Source of the DNA: Patescibacteria group bacterium
GTDB taxonomy: Bacteria; Patescibacteriota; Microgenomatia; CAYGWK01
Length of the DNA stretch: 64,000 bases
Assembly (NCBI GenBank): GCA_049322615.1
Contig: JBMORX010000001.1
Span: 6,715-70,714 of the forward strand
Reading direction: 5' to 3'
Below, one piece after another: positions 1 to 10,553 of the stretch; position 1 is the first letter of the stretch, and each line of letters begins with the position of its first letter. The position numbers and the translations under genes are program-made. A model generated the notes under the pieces. That model saw only the letters and a list, made by a program, of their open reading frames with translations, did not search any database and was not told where the DNA came from.

Positions 1-241
1 CAACCTCCCGAACTCCTAATCCTTGAATTTTTCTGGCTAATTTTTCAACTGTTGTCGCTGCCGCATAAGGGGTGGACTTTCGAGTTCCCTTAAACCCAGC
101 GCTTCCCGAAGTCTCCCAGGCAATAGTATCTCCCAAAGGGTCAGTGGCGGTAACCAAGGTATTATTAAAGGTTGCCGTTACGTAAATTTTTGCCTGTTCA
201 ATCTTCCCTTTTTGTCTTTTTTTTGCTTTTATTTTTGCCAT
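1..241 (-). CDS. rpsK: 30S ribosomal protein S11 (5' part; runs off window)
   Basis: Manual translation MAKIKAKK...YVTATFNNTLVT...SAGFKGTRKSTPYAA; follows rpsM. Confidence 0.95.
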   Translation of the reverse strand, partial: MAKIKAKKRQKGKIEQAKIYVTATFNNTLVTATDPLGDTIAWETSGSAGFKGTRKSTPYAAATTVEKLARKIQGLGVREV

Positions 242-248
242 ATTTTAA

Positions 249-674
249 TTAAACAGCCTTCTTTTCACCTTTAACTTTTTGACCTGGCTCAATCCTGGTA
301 GTCAAAACTTCTTTTTTCATTGCTCCAATAGTGACCCTTTTACCCCTTTTAGTTCGGGCATTAGTCCGAGTTCTTTGTCCCCGAACAGGGAGATTCTTAG
401 CATGTCTTATCCCCCGGTAACTTCCGATTTCTTTCAGTCTTTTTATGTTTTCGGAAACCTCCCTCCGAAGGTCTCCCTCAATTTTGAAGTCTTCCAAGAC
501 TTTGGAAATTTTGGCAATTTCCTCGCTTGAGAGATCTGATGCTTTCTTGGCACCATCAATTTTGGCTTGATTTAAGATTTTAAGCACGTTTTTCCTTCCT
601 ATCCCATAAAGATAGGTTAAGGCAATCCAGGTAGGCTTATTTTCCGGTATATCTACTCCAGCAATTCTCGGCAT
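249..674 (-). CDS. rpsM: 30S ribosomal protein S13
   Basis: MPRIAGVDIP...GSYRGIRH...LPVRGQRTRTNARTKRG. Confidence 0.97.
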   Translation of the reverse strand: MPRIAGVDIPENKPTWIALTYLYGIGRKNVLKILNQAKIDGAKKASDLSSEEIAKISKVLEDFKIEGDLRREVSENIKRLKEIGSYRGIRHAKNLPVRGQRTRTNARTKRGKRVTIGAMKKEVLTTRIEPGQKVKGEKKAV

Positions 675-697
675 GTTCCCTCGCTTTCGCTTCAGTC

Positions 698-818
698 AAA
701 TGGAAAAATTAAAATGAAAAACTAAAAATGACAATGTTAAATTAAAAATTTTAAAAATTTGATCTTTTTAAATTTTGAGTTGTAATTTTTCATTTTTATA
801 TTTTATTTTTTATTTTTA
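698..818. repeat. AT-rich imperfect inverted repeat of ~7-bp units (AAATTAA/AAATGAA, then their complement)
   Basis: A-rich left arm and T-rich right arm between rpmJ and rpsM. Confidence 0.6.
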
Positions 819-932
819 TCATCCTTGTCTTTGTTTGTGTCGGGGGTTTGAACAGGTAACAAAAAGCATGCCCCGACGTTTGACAATTTTACAATTTTTA
901 CAGCGTTTTTTTACTGATGCTTGAACTTTCAT
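819..932 (-). CDS. rpmJ: 50S ribosomal protein L36 (not in ORF track)
   Basis: [37 protein letters not shown]. Confidence 0.97.
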   Translation of the reverse strand: MKVQASVKKRCKNCKIVKRRGMLFVTCSNPRHKQRQG

Positions 933-967
933 AAGAATCTTAAGTTACTTAAGTGACTTAAGTTACT
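932..967. repeat. Tandem 9-bp TAAGTNACT array (4 units) at infA/rpmJ junction
   Basis: taagaatct taagttact taagtgact taagttact. Confidence 0.85.
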
Positions 968-1184
968 TATATCTATAAATAATCCTTCCTTTTGTCTGGT
1001 CATATGGCGTCATTTCCACCTTAACCTTGTCTCCTGGCAAAATCCGAATATAGTTCATTCTCATTTTCCCAGAGAGATGGCAAAGCAAAACTCTGCCATC
1101 AGAAAGCTTCACCCTAAAAAGAGTATTGGGCAAAGCCTCGATTACTTCTCCCTCAACTTCAATTGTTCCTTGATGCACCATCAT
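963..1184 (-). CDS. infA: Translation initiation factor IF-1
   Basis: [17 protein letters not shown]...[19 protein letters not shown]. Confidence 0.97.
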   Translation of the reverse strand: MMVHQGTIEVEGEVIEALPNTLFRVKLSDGRVLLCHLSGKMRMNYIRILPGDKVKVEMTPYDQTKGRIIYRYK

Positions 1185-1188
1185 GAAA

Positions 1189-1953
1189 TTACTTCGTTAA
1201 CACTAAGGGATCGTTGGCGGTTACGGCGACGGTCTCCTCAAAAAGCCCTGATATTTTACCATCTTTTGTCTTAATTGTCCAGCCATCGGAGGTTAAAACT
1301 ACCTCAGGTAAGCCAAGATTATAGATAACCTCAATTGCTAAAGTCATTCCTTTTTTAAGTTTTGGTGTTTTTTCTACCCTTCCTTCCAAAAAACAGGGAA
1401 TTTGCGGCTCCTCATGAAGAATCCTGCCAATCCCGTGCCCTGTCAAAGCCCGCACTGGAGAAAACCCAGCCTTTTTAATTTCCCCCTCAATGGTTTTGCT
1501 TATCTGTCCTAAATAATTTCCCGCTTTTGCCATTTTAATCGCCTCCTCAAGCGCTTTTCTCCCAGTTTCTAAAAATCTCTCTGTTTCTTCATTTTTAATT
1601 TTTAATTTTTCATTTTTAATTTTTATCGTCTCTGCCATATCCGTATGAAACCCCTTATAATACATTCCCATGTCGACTCCGACAACATCGCCCTCTTTAA
1701 TCTTTCTTTCTCCCGGGATTCCATGAACCACTTCCTCATTGACGGTAATACAGGTTGCCCAAGCATAGCCTGGAACCATTTTAAAGGATGGTTTTCCTCC
1801 AAAAGCTAAAATTTTTTCTTCGGCTTGCTTGTCAAGCTGCAAAGTCGTTATTCCAGGCTTCAAATTTTTTAGAACATGCTCTAAAACCTGTCTTAACCTT
1901 TTTCCGCCTTCTACCATAATCTCAATTTCTTTTTTGCTCTTGAGTGGTATCAC
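1189..1953 (-). CDS. map: Methionine aminopeptidase type I
   Basis: [21 protein letters not shown]; position between adk and infA. Confidence 0.95.
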   Translation of the reverse strand: MIPLKSKKEIEIMVEGGKRLRQVLEHVLKNLKPGITTLQLDKQAEEKILAFGGKPSFKMVPGYAWATCITVNEEVVHGIPGERKIKEGDVVGVDMGMYYKGFHTDMAETIKIKNEKLKIKNEETERFLETGRKALEEAIKMAKAGNYLGQISKTIEGEIKKAGFSPVRALTGHGIGRILHEEPQIPCFLEGRVEKTPKLKKGMTLAIEVIYNLGLPEVVLTSDGWTIKTKDGKISGLFEETVAVTANDPLVLTK

Positions 1954-2597
1954 TTTAATTTCCCTAAAATATCCTTTAAAACATCCTTAACTGTCTGTTC
2001 GCCGTTAATCTCGACCACCTTGCCCTTTTTTCTATAATAATTAATCATTGGGGATGTTTGGGAGTGATACTCTTTTAGTCTTTTAACAATAGCTTGCGGT
2101 GTCTCATCTTCCCTGATAACTAACTTAACATCGCACTCATCACAAAGTTCATCATTTTTGGGTGGCATAGTTAGCATATTGTAATTCCGTCCACACTTTG
2201 GACAAATTCTTCGAGCTTGCAACCTCCTTATTGATTCCTTTTTGGAAATGTTTAGATAAATTAACTTATCTATCTGATTATTTTTCTTGGCAAGGATCTT
2301 GTCTAGCCATTTAATCTGCGGCAACGTTCGCGGAGAGCCATCAAGGATGAATCCCTTCTTTAGAACCTCTCTGGTTAAAATCTGTCTTAATAGTCTGACA
2401 ACTTCTCTATCAGGTACCAATACACCTCTGTTAATCCAGGCCTTAACCTCTCTTCCAAAAGCCGTGTTTTTTTCCGCAATCTGCCGAAACATCTCCCCAG
2501 TCTCCAGATGAACTAATCCCATTTTTTCTGCTAAAAGCCGAGCCTGCGTTCCTTTCCCTGAACCCTGGGGCCCGGTAATAATGAGATTCATCCTCAA
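1950..2597 (-). CDS. adk: Adenylate kinase (Zn-lid type)
   Basis: [22 protein letters not shown]...CDEC lid. Confidence 0.95.
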   Translation of the reverse strand: MRMNLIITGPQGSGKGTQARLLAEKMGLVHLETGEMFRQIAEKNTAFGREVKAWINRGVLVPDREVVRLLRQILTREVLKKGFILDGSPRTLPQIKWLDKILAKKNNQIDKLIYLNISKKESIRRLQARRICPKCGRNYNMLTMPPKNDELCDECDVKLVIREDETPQAIVKRLKEYHSQTSPMINYYRKKGKVVEINGEQTVKDVLKDILGKLK

Positions 2598-3886
2598 TAT
2601 CCCTCCAAAAATTTTTCGTAACCTCGCATTTGAATCATATTTTCAATAACCTTAACCGTCTCCAAGACCACGGAAACAACAATTAGAATTCCCGTCCCCC
2701 CGATGGTTAAGGTGGCAATTCCGGTCATTCCCTGGGCAATTGAGGGAAGAATCGCCACCAACCCTAAAAAAATTGCTCCGGCTAAGGTAATCCTTGTCAA
2801 AATCCAATTTAAAAGGTCTGCGGTTGGCGGTCCAGGACGAATGCCGGGAATAAAACCTCCATATTTTTTGATTTCATCAGCAATTTTTGTCGGGTTGAAG
2901 ATAACCGCAGTATAAAAATAAGTAAAACCAACCACCAGGAAAAAGTAAGTTAGATTATAAACCACGCCTCCTGGATTAAAGAAAGTAGCAAAACTGCGAG
3001 CAATTCCCGAAAGAAAGGGATTTGGAACCTGTTCTAAAAACCGACCAAGCATCGAAGGAAGAAGGACCAAGGAAATAGCAAAAATAATCGGAATTACTCC
3101 TGCCTGATTAACTCTTAAAGGCAAATAAGTGCTAGTTCCGCCATACATTCTTCCTCCCCTTATTCTTTTAGCATATTCGATCCGAATTTGGCGCGAGGCT
3201 TCATTAACCACCGTAATCGCCCCAATAACCAAAACTGCCATAACAGAAAAAACAACGATATTGAAAAAGTTCTGGGCTTCAAAAGTGGCTAAAGTCTGCC
3301 CAAGAGCAATTGGGAAGCGCCCGACAATTCCGGCAAAAATAAGAAGGGAGATTCCGTTCCCAATTCCATTTTCGGAAATCAGCTCCCCAAGCCACATCAA
3401 AAAAATTGTCCCACAAGTCATCGTTGTCACCAAAGATATTAGGGCAACAGGAGAAAGGTTCCCCATTATCCCTTGATTTTTCAAAAGGGCGTACATCCCA
3501 AAAGCCTGAAGAGCCGAGAGAGGAACAGTTAAAAATCTAGTATATTGATTAATTTTTTCCCGACCATATTCTCCCTCTTTTGAAAGTTCTTCCAAATAGG
3601 GAAAAACCATGGTTAAAAGTTGAAAAATAATTGAGGCATTAATATAGGGGTTAAGCCCTAAAGCCATGATGGAAAAGTTAGCCAGAGTTCCGCCTGAGAA
3701 AATATCCAAAAGTCCTAAGAATTGACTCCTTTCAAATAAAGCCCGCAAAGAGGGAAGGTCAACCCCCGGAACCGGAATATGGGCTGCCAGTCTAAAAATT
3801 ATAAAAATAAAGGCAGTAAAAACGATCTTTCTTCGCAAATCAGGAATTTGAAAAGCGCTTGCTAGAACTTCAATAATCCTATTCAT
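2594..3886 (-). CDS. secY: Preprotein translocase SecY (start moved to ATG 3886)
   Basis: [42 protein letters not shown]; upstream ORF extension is repeat DNA. Confidence 0.97.
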   Translation of the reverse strand: MNRIIEVLASAFQIPDLRRKIVFTAFIFIIFRLAAHIPVPGVDLPSLRALFERSQFLGLLDIFSGGTLANFSIMALGLNPYINASIIFQLLTMVFPYLEELSKEGEYGREKINQYTRFLTVPLSALQAFGMYALLKNQGIMGNLSPVALISLVTTMTCGTIFLMWLGELISENGIGNGISLLIFAGIVGRFPIALGQTLATFEAQNFFNIVVFSVMAVLVIGAITVVNEASRQIRIEYAKRIRGGRMYGGTSTYLPLRVNQAGVIPIIFAISLVLLPSMLGRFLEQVPNPFLSGIARSFATFFNPGGVVYNLTYFFLVVGFTYFYTAVIFNPTKIADEIKKYGGFIPGIRPGPPTADLLNWILTRITLAGAIFLGLVAILPSIAQGMTGIATLTIGGTGILIVVSVVLETVKVIENMIQMRGYEKFLEGY

Positions 3887-3890
3887 GGCA

Positions 3891-4439
3891 TCACTGAGAC
3901 GCGGAACCCCGCTTAGCGGGGCGCAGAGACGCGGAAATTTTCTGCGTTTCCGCCTGCCCGCCAAGGCTTACGCCATCAGGCGTTGGCAGGCGGGCGGTTA
4001 CAATTTTTCCTCCCGCTTTTTCGATCTTTGCCTTAGCTCCCTTAGAACACGGCAGTTTGACAATTAAGGGAATTTTAACCTCGCCTTCACCTAAAATTTT
4101 AACATTTTTGGATTTGCTATCCTCAATTCTTAATATTCCCTTATCTTCCAGAGTTTTTAAAGTAACCTCTTCTTTGGGAGAAAAAAGATTCAGATACTTT
4201 AAATTGACGATAATTGGTTTTTGGGAACTTGGTTTGAATTTGCCTTTCCCCCTTATTAAAGGCAGTCTTTTAAGAAGAGACTTCTTTATTTTTGTTCCCT
4301 CAAAAAGAAAAGCTATTTTTCCCCTCGCTTTCTGACCTTTGGCGCCCCGACCAACAGTATGACCTCCCTTGCCTGAACCGATTCCCCGACCAATTCTTTT
4401 TTTAGATCTAGTTGTTATTTTAGGTAGTTTGCTTAACAT
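3891..4439 (-). CDS. rplO: 50S ribosomal protein L15 with repeat-derived C-terminal extension
   Basis: [30 protein letters not shown], then ~35 extra aa encoded by palindromes. Confidence 0.95.
   Translation of the reverse strand: MLSKLPKITTRSKKRIGRGIGSGKGGHTVGRGAKGQKARGKIAFLFEGTKIKKSLLKRLPLIRGKGKFKPSSQKPIIVNLKYLNLFSPKEEVTLKTLEDKGILRIEDSKSKNVKILGEGEVKIPLIVKLPCSKGAKAKIEKAGGKIVTARLPTPDGVSLGGQAETQKISASLRPAKRGSASQ
3893..3997. repeat. Two adjacent palindromic elements in the rplO tail
   Basis: gacgcggaaccccgcttagcggggcgcagagacgcggaaattttctgcgtttc, then ccgcctgcccgccaa...ttggcaggcgggcgg. Confidence 0.8.
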
Positions 4440-4440
4440 A

Positions 4441-4476
4441 TAAGTTACTTAAGTCACTTAGGTAACTTAAGTTTTT
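4441..4476. repeat. Tandem 9-bp TAAGTNACT array at rpsE/rplO junction
   Basis: taagttact taagtcact taggtaact taagttttt. Confidence 0.85.
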
Positions 4477-4894
4477 TTAATGCCTCAAAAGTGGCATAAA
4501 CATTCGAGGCTTGATTCCGAGTTCCTAAGATTTTTGAAACAATGTCTCTAATTCCTGCCGCTTCAACCACTGCCCTGACTGCTCCTCCGGCAATAACTCC
4601 TGAACCTTCAGGCGCTGGCTTAAGCAAAACTTTCGCTGCTCCAAGTTTAACATAAACTTGATGAGGAATAGTTGTCTCTCTGGTAGGCACAGAAATTAGA
4701 TGCTTTTTAGCGTAAGTTGCTCCTTTTAAGACGGCTGCGGAAACATCAGGAGCTCGGCCTAAACCTACTCCAACTCGACCTTTTTTATCTCCAACAACCA
4801 CTAAAACAGAAAAGGAAATTCTGTTTCCGCCTTTGGTTTTTTTGGAAACCCGATTTACCTGAACTACTTTTTCCTCAAATTCTTCGTTTTCCAT
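4454..4894 (-). CDS. rpsE: 30S ribosomal protein S5
   Basis: [36 protein letters not shown]. Confidence 0.97.
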   Translation of the reverse strand: MENEEFEEKVVQVNRVSKKTKGGNRISFSVLVVVGDKKGRVGVGLGRAPDVSAAVLKGATYAKKHLISVPTRETTIPHQVYVKLGAAKVLLKPAPEGSGVIAGGAVRAVVEAAGIRDIVSKILGTRNQASNVYATFEALKKLKLPK

Positions 4895-4929
4895 AAGTTA
4901 CTTAGGTTACCTAAGTCACTTAATTGACT
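4894..4929. repeat. Tandem 9-bp TAAGTNACT array at rplR/rpsE junction
   Basis: taagttact taggttacc taagtcact taattgact. Confidence 0.85.
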
Positions 4930-5222
4930 TAGAACTCTAACCCTCCTTCCCTGGCTCCTTCGGCTAGGGCTTTTACTCGACCATGATATTTAAATCTTCC
5001 TCGGTCAAAATAGACTTTTTTTATACCTTTTTTCAAGGCTTCCTCGGCTAACAGTTTTCCAACCTGACGACTTCTCTCGATTTTACTTAAGTTACCTAAG
5101 TCACTTAAGTTACTTAAGTCGTTTACCGCCACTAAAGTCTGACCCTCCTCATCGTCAATAATTTGCCCATAAATATATTTATTTGAGCGAAAAACCGAAA
5201 GTCTCAGACGGGTTCTTTTCAT
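4929..5222 (-). CDS. rplR: 50S ribosomal protein L18 (short N-terminus)
   Basis: [44 protein letters not shown]. Confidence 0.96.
   Translation of the reverse strand: MKRTRLRLSVFRSNKYIYGQIIDDEEGQTLVAVNDLSNLSDLGNLSKIERSRQVGKLLAEEALKKGIKKVYFDRGRFKYHGRVKALAEGAREGGLEF
5088..5123. repeat. Tandem 9-bp array in frame inside rplR ([12 protein letters not shown])
   Basis: taagttacc taagtcact taagttact taagtcgtt. Confidence 0.85.
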
Positions 5223-5800
5223 TTCGTTCCTCCTTTTGCCATACCGGCTGGCGCACCCGCTATTCCAACCTTAACTTGCTTTCCGGGCTTTAATTTAATT
5301 TGCTCTTGCTCAAAGCGGATTCCCTTTCCTTTATAAGCATCTGGGGGCTTAATGGCTCTGATCCGAGCAGCCACTTGCCCCACTAACATCTTATCAGCCC
5401 CCGAAACCGTGATTTTATTTTGGGAAACGGTAAAAGAAATTCCCGGTGGGGGAACAACCTGGATTTGATGGGAAAATCCAAGCGAAAGTGAAAGTTTTCC
5501 CTCAAGCAGGGCTACCCGATAACCTGTTCCTATAATCTCTAGAGTTTTTGACCAACCATCTTTCACCCCTTTTATCATGTTAAAAACAAGATTGCGGATT
5601 GTTCCCTGGTAAGCTTTGGTTTTCTCGGAGGTAGTTTTTTGCGAGAATTGAATTTCCCTCGGGCTGACCTTAACTTTTATTTCCGGAGGCAAGGTTAGGG
5701 AAAGTGAACCTTTTGCTCCAGCCACTTGAATTTTCCCGTCTTTTACTTCTACGGTTACTCCATCTGGTATTTCAACTGGTTTTTTTCCTATCTTAGACAT
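5219..5800 (-). CDS. rplF: 50S ribosomal protein L6
   Basis: [25 protein letters not shown]. Confidence 0.97.
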   Translation of the reverse strand: MSKIGKKPVEIPDGVTVEVKDGKIQVAGAKGSLSLTLPPEIKVKVSPREIQFSQKTTSEKTKAYQGTIRNLVFNMIKGVKDGWSKTLEIIGTGYRVALLEGKLSLSLGFSHQIQVVPPPGISFTVSQNKITVSGADKMLVGQVAARIRAIKPPDAYKGKGIRFEQEQIKLKPGKQVKVGIAGAPAGMAKGGTK

Positions 5801-5810
5801 TTGCTCCTTT

Positions 5811-6206
5811 CTACCATATTTCGCAAATCATCTCTCCGCCTAAATTTTTCTTCCTTGCTTCTTCTCCAGTCATAAGTCCTCCGGGGGTAGAGATGATATT
5901 TATTCCTGTTCCTCCCAAAACTTTTTTTATCTCTTTGGCTTTTAGATAAACTCTTACTCCTGGTTTGGAGATGATTTTAACCCCGCTTATCGCTGGTTTT
6001 TTACCTTGGTAAGTTAAGCCAATCTCAAGGACTTTGTTTTTTTGTTTTTTTGACTCTAAAACCTGAAACTTGGCGAGAAATCCTTCATCTACTAAAACCT
6101 TCGCCAACCTTTTACCAAAACCAAAATAAGGAAAAGTGACATCCTTTTTCCTTGCCAAATAAGCATTCTTAATTCTAACTAACATATCTGTAACTCTATC
6201 AGTCAT
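5811..6206 (-). CDS. rpsH: 30S ribosomal protein S8
   Basis: DMLVRIKNA, SKPGVRVY, GGEMICEIW. Confidence 0.97.
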   Translation of the reverse strand: MTDRVTDMLVRIKNAYLARKKDVTFPYFGFGKRLAKVLVDEGFLAKFQVLESKKQKNKVLEIGLTYQGKKPAISGVKIISKPGVRVYLKAKEIKKVLGGTGINIISTPGGLMTGEEARKKNLGGEMICEIW

Positions 6207-6216
6207 AAAGATATAA

Positions 6217-6405
6217 TTACCAAGAAGCTTTTTTTACTCCTGGTAATTCTCCTTTCTGGGCAAGTCCGCGAAAACAAAGTCGACAAAGCCCAAAAAGCCG
6301 CATAAAACCTCTTGGTCTGCCACAAACCGCACAGCGATTCCGAAAACGGACTTCATATTTTAGTCTCTTTTGGGTTTGCTTAACAACTTTTGATTTTTTC
6401 GCCAT
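6217..6405 (-). CDS. rpsZ: 30S ribosomal protein S14 (Zn-binding type Z)
   Basis: [10 protein letters not shown]...LCRLCFR...[11 protein letters not shown]. Confidence 0.96.
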   Translation of the reverse strand: MAKKSKVVKQTQKRLKYEVRFRNRCAVCGRPRGFMRLFGLCRLCFRGLAQKGELPGVKKASW

Positions 6406-6876
6406 TTATTTCTCCTTTTTAAAGGGTGCACCTTGCGCCTCGAGTAATTTTTTTGCTTCCTCATCGGTTTTACTCGAGGAGACAATTGTTATCTCAAGTC
6501 CCATCGCTTTTTCGCCTTTTGAAAACTCTGCTTCTGGAAAAACAGTTTGCTCCCTTATTCCAATCGTATAATTGCCATGCCCATCAAAACTTTTTGAGGA
6601 TAATCCACGAAAATCGCGGACTCTTGGCAAAACTAAAGAAAAAAGCTTTTTTAAAAAATCAAACATTTTCTTTCCTCGAAGAGTTACCGCCAAGCCAATG
6701 GGTGCCCCTTTCGAAATCTTAAAACCGGCGATTGATTTTTTCGCCCGACAAATTTTGGGTCTTTGCCCGGTTATCTTTGCCAATATTTCTCCTTGTTTAG
6801 CCAAGAGATTCTCATCGCTTGCTCCCTCTTTTATTCCCACATTGACTACCACCTTTAAAAGTTTTTGTTCTGACAT
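6406..6876 (-). CDS. rplE: 50S ribosomal protein L5 (short N-terminus)
   Basis: KVVVNVGI, ITGQRP, LPRVRDFRGL, FDGHGNYTIG. Confidence 0.96.
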   Translation of the reverse strand: MSEQKLLKVVVNVGIKEGASDENLLAKQGEILAKITGQRPKICRAKKSIAGFKISKGAPIGLAVTLRGKKMFDFLKKLFSLVLPRVRDFRGLSSKSFDGHGNYTIGIREQTVFPEAEFSKGEKAMGLEITIVSSSKTDEEAKKLLEAQGAPFKKEK

Positions 6877-6877
6877 T

Positions 6878-7219
6878 TTAAATCACCTCTTTGCATTTTC
6901 GACAAATCCTTAATTTGGAGAGGGCTCCGTCCCCTCCAACTCCCCCAATTATTTTAAAACCTATTCTCGTTGGTTCTCCACACTTTGGACAGATGAAAGC
7001 AACGCTTGAATAAGGCAGGGGGGAAACAATATCAATAATTCCTCCTGAACTTCTGCCTTCCTTTCCCTGGCGGCGTGAGTGTTTTTTGTAGATATTGCAA
7101 CCTGAAACTAAAACTTTTTCTTTCTTTGGAAAAACCTTCTCCACCATTCCCTCTCTGCCTTTGTCTTTTCCTGCTATTATTTTTACCTTATCACCTTTTT
7201 TAAGCTTTGTTTTTCTCAT
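6878..7219 (-). CDS. rplX: 50S ribosomal protein L24
   Basis: KKGDKVKIIAGKDKG KOW motif. Confidence 0.96.
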   Translation of the reverse strand: MRKTKLKKGDKVKIIAGKDKGREGMVEKVFPKKEKVLVSGCNIYKKHSRRQGKEGRSSGGIIDIVSPLPYSSVAFICPKCGEPTRIGFKIIGGVGGDGALSKLRICRKCKEVI

Positions 7220-7572
7220 ACTAGTTCCTCTGCCAGTGAGGCAATTTTGTTAAAACCTTTTTCCTTTACCTCGCGCGCTATTGGTCCAAAAATTCTCGTC
7301 CCTAAGGGATTTCCTTCTTTATCAATTAAAACTCCAGCGTTGTCATCAAAGCGGATGTAAGAACCATCAGGTCTTTTTATTTCTTTTTTTGTTCTGACAA
7401 GCAAAGCCTTAACAATCTGGGAGTCTTTGACCGCTCCGTTTGAGTCTGCTTGATCAACCACACAGACAACTACCTCTCCAATTTTAGCAAAACGGCTTTT
7501 AGTGTGAATTACCTTTAACTTTTTGGCGCCGGTATTATCAGCCGGAACAAGCACGGATCTCAATTGAATCAC
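7216..7572 (-). CDS. rplN: 50S ribosomal protein L14
   Basis: ADNTGAK, DGSYIRFDDNA, GTRIFGPIARE. Confidence 0.97.
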   Translation of the reverse strand: MIQLRSVLVPADNTGAKKLKVIHTKSRFAKIGEVVVCVVDQADSNGAVKDSQIVKALLVRTKKEIKRPDGSYIRFDDNAGVLIDKEGNPLGTRIFGPIAREVKEKGFNKIASLAEELV

Positions 7573-7799
7573 TTTTTAACCACCTCCACTATTTTCCATT
7601 TTTTTGTCTTTGAAATTGGCCGTGTCTGAACAAATTTGACTAAGTCTTTCTCTTTAACGCCAAGTTCGTCATGAACATGATATTTTTTCCTCACCTTTAT
7701 TCTTTTTTTATAAAGAGAGTGGATTTTCTGACGGACGACTCTGACCACGGCTGTTTTTGGCGTTTTTGTCGAAACAACTTCTCCTTTAAATTCTTTCAT
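7569..7799 (-). CDS. rpsQ: 30S ribosomal protein S17
   Basis: GEVVSTKTPKT, KKYHVHDE, RPISKTKKW. Confidence 0.96.
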   Translation of the reverse strand: MKEFKGEVVSTKTPKTAVVRVVRQKIHSLYKKRIKVRKKYHVHDELGVKEKDLVKFVQTRPISKTKKWKIVEVVKK

Positions 7800-8005
7800 T
7801 TTTCCTCCAATGCTTTCTTTTCGCTAATTTTGGTTAATATTTGGGCTATTTCGTCCCTTTTTCTTGAAACCGCCCGAACATTTTTGGTCTTCGCCGTTTT
7901 CAAATCCATCTTCAGCTTCACTAAAGAAATTTGCGTCTCCTCCAAAAGTTTTTTAAGCTCTTCTTGGGTTTTGCCTGAGAGTTCTTTTATGTCTTTTCTT
8001 TTCAT
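7796..8005 (-). CDS. rpmC: 50S ribosomal protein L29
   Basis: Between rplP and rpsQ; RDEIAQILT motif. Confidence 0.92.
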   Translation of the reverse strand: MKRKDIKELSGKTQEELKKLLEETQISLVKLKMDLKTAKTKNVRAVSRKRDEIAQILTKISEKKALEEK

Positions 8006-8412
8006 ACGTTTTTAGCAACAAAACGAGTTTTAAAAGGAATCCTATATCCTGCTCGGCGCAAAGCCTCTCGGGCTGCCTCAAGAGGAATTCCGGAAACTTC
8101 AAAAATTATCTTACCCGGAGTTACCGGAACTACAAACCCAACCACGTCCCCCTTACCCGAACCCATTCTTGTTCCGGCTGCCTTTTGGGTTACAGGCTTA
8201 TCGGGAAAGACCCGGACCCAAATTTTGCCTTCCTTGCGCGTAAAAAAGGAAATAGCCCGCCGGGCTGCTTCAAGTTGTTTTTCGCTTAACCTTCCCCTGG
8301 TAACTGCTTTAAGACCAAAGTCGCCGAAAACAATGTTTGCGCCTTTTTCAGAAATTACCCTGGCTCCCCTTCTGAACTGTTTCTTAAATTTTTGTTTTTT
8401 TGGTTGCAACAT
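8002..8412 (-). CDS. rplP: 50S ribosomal protein L16
   Basis: MLQPKKQKFKKQFR, IWVRVFPDKPVT, RMGSGKG. Confidence 0.97.
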   Translation of the reverse strand: MLQPKKQKFKKQFRRGARVISEKGANIVFGDFGLKAVTRGRLSEKQLEAARRAISFFTRKEGKIWVRVFPDKPVTQKAAGTRMGSGKGDVVGFVVPVTPGKIIFEVSGIPLEAAREALRRAGYRIPFKTRFVAKNV

Positions 8413-8443
8413 TTACTCTCCTTTATAAGCTTGCTTTCAAGTT

Positions 8444-9073
8444 TTACTTATATATCCAAACCTTGACTCCGACAAAACCTGATTTGGTCAAGGCTGCCAC
8501 TTTAGCAAAATCAATATTCGCCCTAATAGTACTTAAAGGCAGTTTTCCAGCCGCAAATCTCTCCCGGCGGGAGATTTCTGCTCCGGCAATTCGACCAGAA
8601 AGAACGACCTTGACGCCCTTGCCCCCAGCCGTCATCACCCTTTCCATGGCTCGCTTAACTACTCTCCGATGGGGAAGACGACGTTCAAGTTCACTTGAGA
8701 TTCTTGAAGCCACGAGCATTGCCGAAAGCTCAGGGTCGGAAACCTCAACTACCTCGATTTGAACATTCTTCTCCGGTTCAAGCAGAGAGACTAGAGGCAT
8801 TAACATTTTTTTAAGTTCCTCAAGTCCCGAGCCTCCCCGACCAATGACCACCCCGGGTCTGGTAACATGAATAGTGATTTTCATTTTGTGTATCAAGCGG
8901 TCAATCTCCACCCCCACAATTCCCGCCAACTTTAATTTTTCAAACAAAAACTTGCGAATTCTTAAATCCTCAACGAGATTTTTTTGGTAAGCCTTTTTTC
9001 CGGCAAACCAATGTGATTGCCAAGTTTTCCCTTGGCCCATTCTAAAACTTATTGGATTAACTTTTTGTCCCAT
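8444..9073 (-). CDS. rpsC: 30S ribosomal protein S3
   Basis: MGQKVNPISFR, RPGVVIGRGG, SGRIAGAEISR. Confidence 0.97.
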   Translation of the reverse strand: MGQKVNPISFRMGQGKTWQSHWFAGKKAYQKNLVEDLRIRKFLFEKLKLAGIVGVEIDRLIHKMKITIHVTRPGVVIGRGGSGLEELKKMLMPLVSLLEPEKNVQIEVVEVSDPELSAMLVASRISSELERRLPHRRVVKRAMERVMTAGGKGVKVVLSGRIAGAEISRRERFAAGKLPLSTIRANIDFAKVAALTKSGFVGVKVWIYK

Positions 9074-9083
9074 ATTCGCTGAT

Positions 9084-9503
9084 TTACGCAGATTTTTTAA
9101 CTGATCTACGCTGATTGCCTCCTTTTTCGTTAGCCCCTGATACTTTTGATGTCTCTAACATCTTCTTTTTTTCAGCTTCCGCCTCAAGGATCACTTTTAT
9201 ATGACTTGTTCTTTTTTTAATTGGATGAGCCTGACCTCGGGAAACTGGCTGAAAACGTTTATATATCGGTCCTTCGCTTACTTCTATTTTTTTTATCTTC
9301 AAATCCTCATTTTTTAAAGAAAAATTATTTTGGGCGTTGGCAATTGCCTGTTTTAAGGTTTTGCTTAACCATTCTCCTCTTTTGCCTGCTTGAGAAAGCA
9401 AGACAAGTGCCTGTTTTGAGTTCATTCCCCGAATACTGTCGGCGACCAAACGCAGTTTTCGCGGGCTAATCCTTGTATATCTTGACTTGGCAACAATTTC
9501 CAT
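9084..9503 (-). CDS. rplV: 50S ribosomal protein L22
   Basis: RISPRKLRLVADSIRG, KKRTSHI; extended C-terminus. Confidence 0.96.
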   Translation of the reverse strand: MEIVAKSRYTRISPRKLRLVADSIRGMNSKQALVLLSQAGKRGEWLSKTLKQAIANAQNNFSLKNEDLKIKKIEVSEGPIYKRFQPVSRGQAHPIKKRTSHIKVILEAEAEKKKMLETSKVSGANEKGGNQRRSVKKSA

Positions 9504-9788
9504 TTAGGTTTTCTCCAAAATTCTTTTGACTACTTGTCCGTGACCTCGGAAAATTCGAGTTTGAGCAAATTCACCAAGCCTATGCCCAACCATTGCCTCA
9601 GTCACAAAAATTTCTTTAAAATCCTTTCCGGTATGAACTTGAAATTTGTGACCAACAAACTCTGGCGGAATCTGGCAGCTTCTTGCCCAAGTTTTAATTG
9701 GCTCATGAGAATCTTTGGCTTTTTGAGCCTGAACTTTTTTGAGCAATTTTTGATCAATATATGGACCTTTTTTAGAACTTCGTGCCAT
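9504..9788 (-). CDS. rpsS: 30S ribosomal protein S19
   Basis: MARSSKKGPYID, MVGHRLGEF. Confidence 0.97.
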   Translation of the reverse strand: MARSSKKGPYIDQKLLKKVQAQKAKDSHEPIKTWARSCQIPPEFVGHKFQVHTGKDFKEIFVTEAMVGHRLGEFAQTRIFRGHGQVVKRILEKT

Positions 9789-9791
9789 AAT

Positions 9792-10553
9792 TTACCTCCG
9801 TCGCTTAATAATCCATTTATCGCTATATTTTCCTTTCTTTCTTGTTCTTTTCCCCAAAGTTGGTTTCCCCCAAGGAGACACAGGTCCGGGCATGCCAATC
9901 CCTGACCTTCCTTCTCCACCTCCATGGGGATGAGAGGCCGGATGTTGGGCAACCCCCCTTACCGTTGGTTTTATTCCCATGTGTCTTTTTCTCCCTGCTT
10001 TAGCAAATTTGACATTTTTCCAATCAATGTTACCAACTTGGCCAATGGTGGCAAAACAATTTAGGGAAATTTTTCTTGTCTCTCCAGAAGGAAGTTTAAC
10101 CACGGCAAAATCTTTCTCTTTAGCCAAAACTGAAGCGGATGAGCCGGCTGACCTTATAACTTGTCCCCCTTTGCCTGGGGTAAGTTCAAGGTTATGAATC
10201 GGAGTTCCAATCGGAATTTTAGAAAGTGGTAGGTGGTTACCTATTTTTACTTCGACTTGGGGCCCTGAAACCACCTCGTCCCCAACATGCAAGCCCTCTG
10301 GGGCTAAAATATAGCGTTTCTCTCCATCAGAATAGGCAAGAAGAGCAAGGTTAGCAGTCCGATTCGGGTCATACTCAAATGCTAACACTTTAGCCTGGAT
10401 ACCAAACTTTTCTCTTTTAAAATCTATTTCCCGCATAAATCTTTTTTCTCTTCCTGCCTGATGACGAACTGTCACCTTTCCCCACGAGGATCTTCCTGCT
10501 TTTTTCTTGAGAATTCTTATTAATGACTTTTCAGGAATGCTTTTGGTTATCAT
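9792..10553 (-). CDS. rplB: 50S ribosomal protein L2 (short N-terminus)
   Basis: [32 protein letters not shown]. Confidence 0.97.
   Translation of the reverse strand: MITKSIPEKSLIRILKKKAGRSSWGKVTVRHQAGREKRFMREIDFKREKFGIQAKVLAFEYDPNRTANLALLAYSDGEKRYILAPEGLHVGDEVVSGPQVEVKIGNHLPLSKIPIGTPIHNLELTPGKGGQVIRSAGSSASVLAKEKDFAVVKLPSGETRKISLNCFATIGQVGNIDWKNVKFAKAGRKRHMGIKPTVRGVAQHPASHPHGGGEGRSGIGMPGPVSPWGKPTLGKRTRKKGKYSDKWIIKRRR

Noticed and set aside
3887-3964. N-terminal extension of SecY given in the ORF track
   Set aside because: It is palindromic repeat DNA overlapping rplO; SecY similarity starts at ATG 3886. The rpsJ and nusA extensions were rejected for the same reason, and the mltG start was moved to just before its TM helix.
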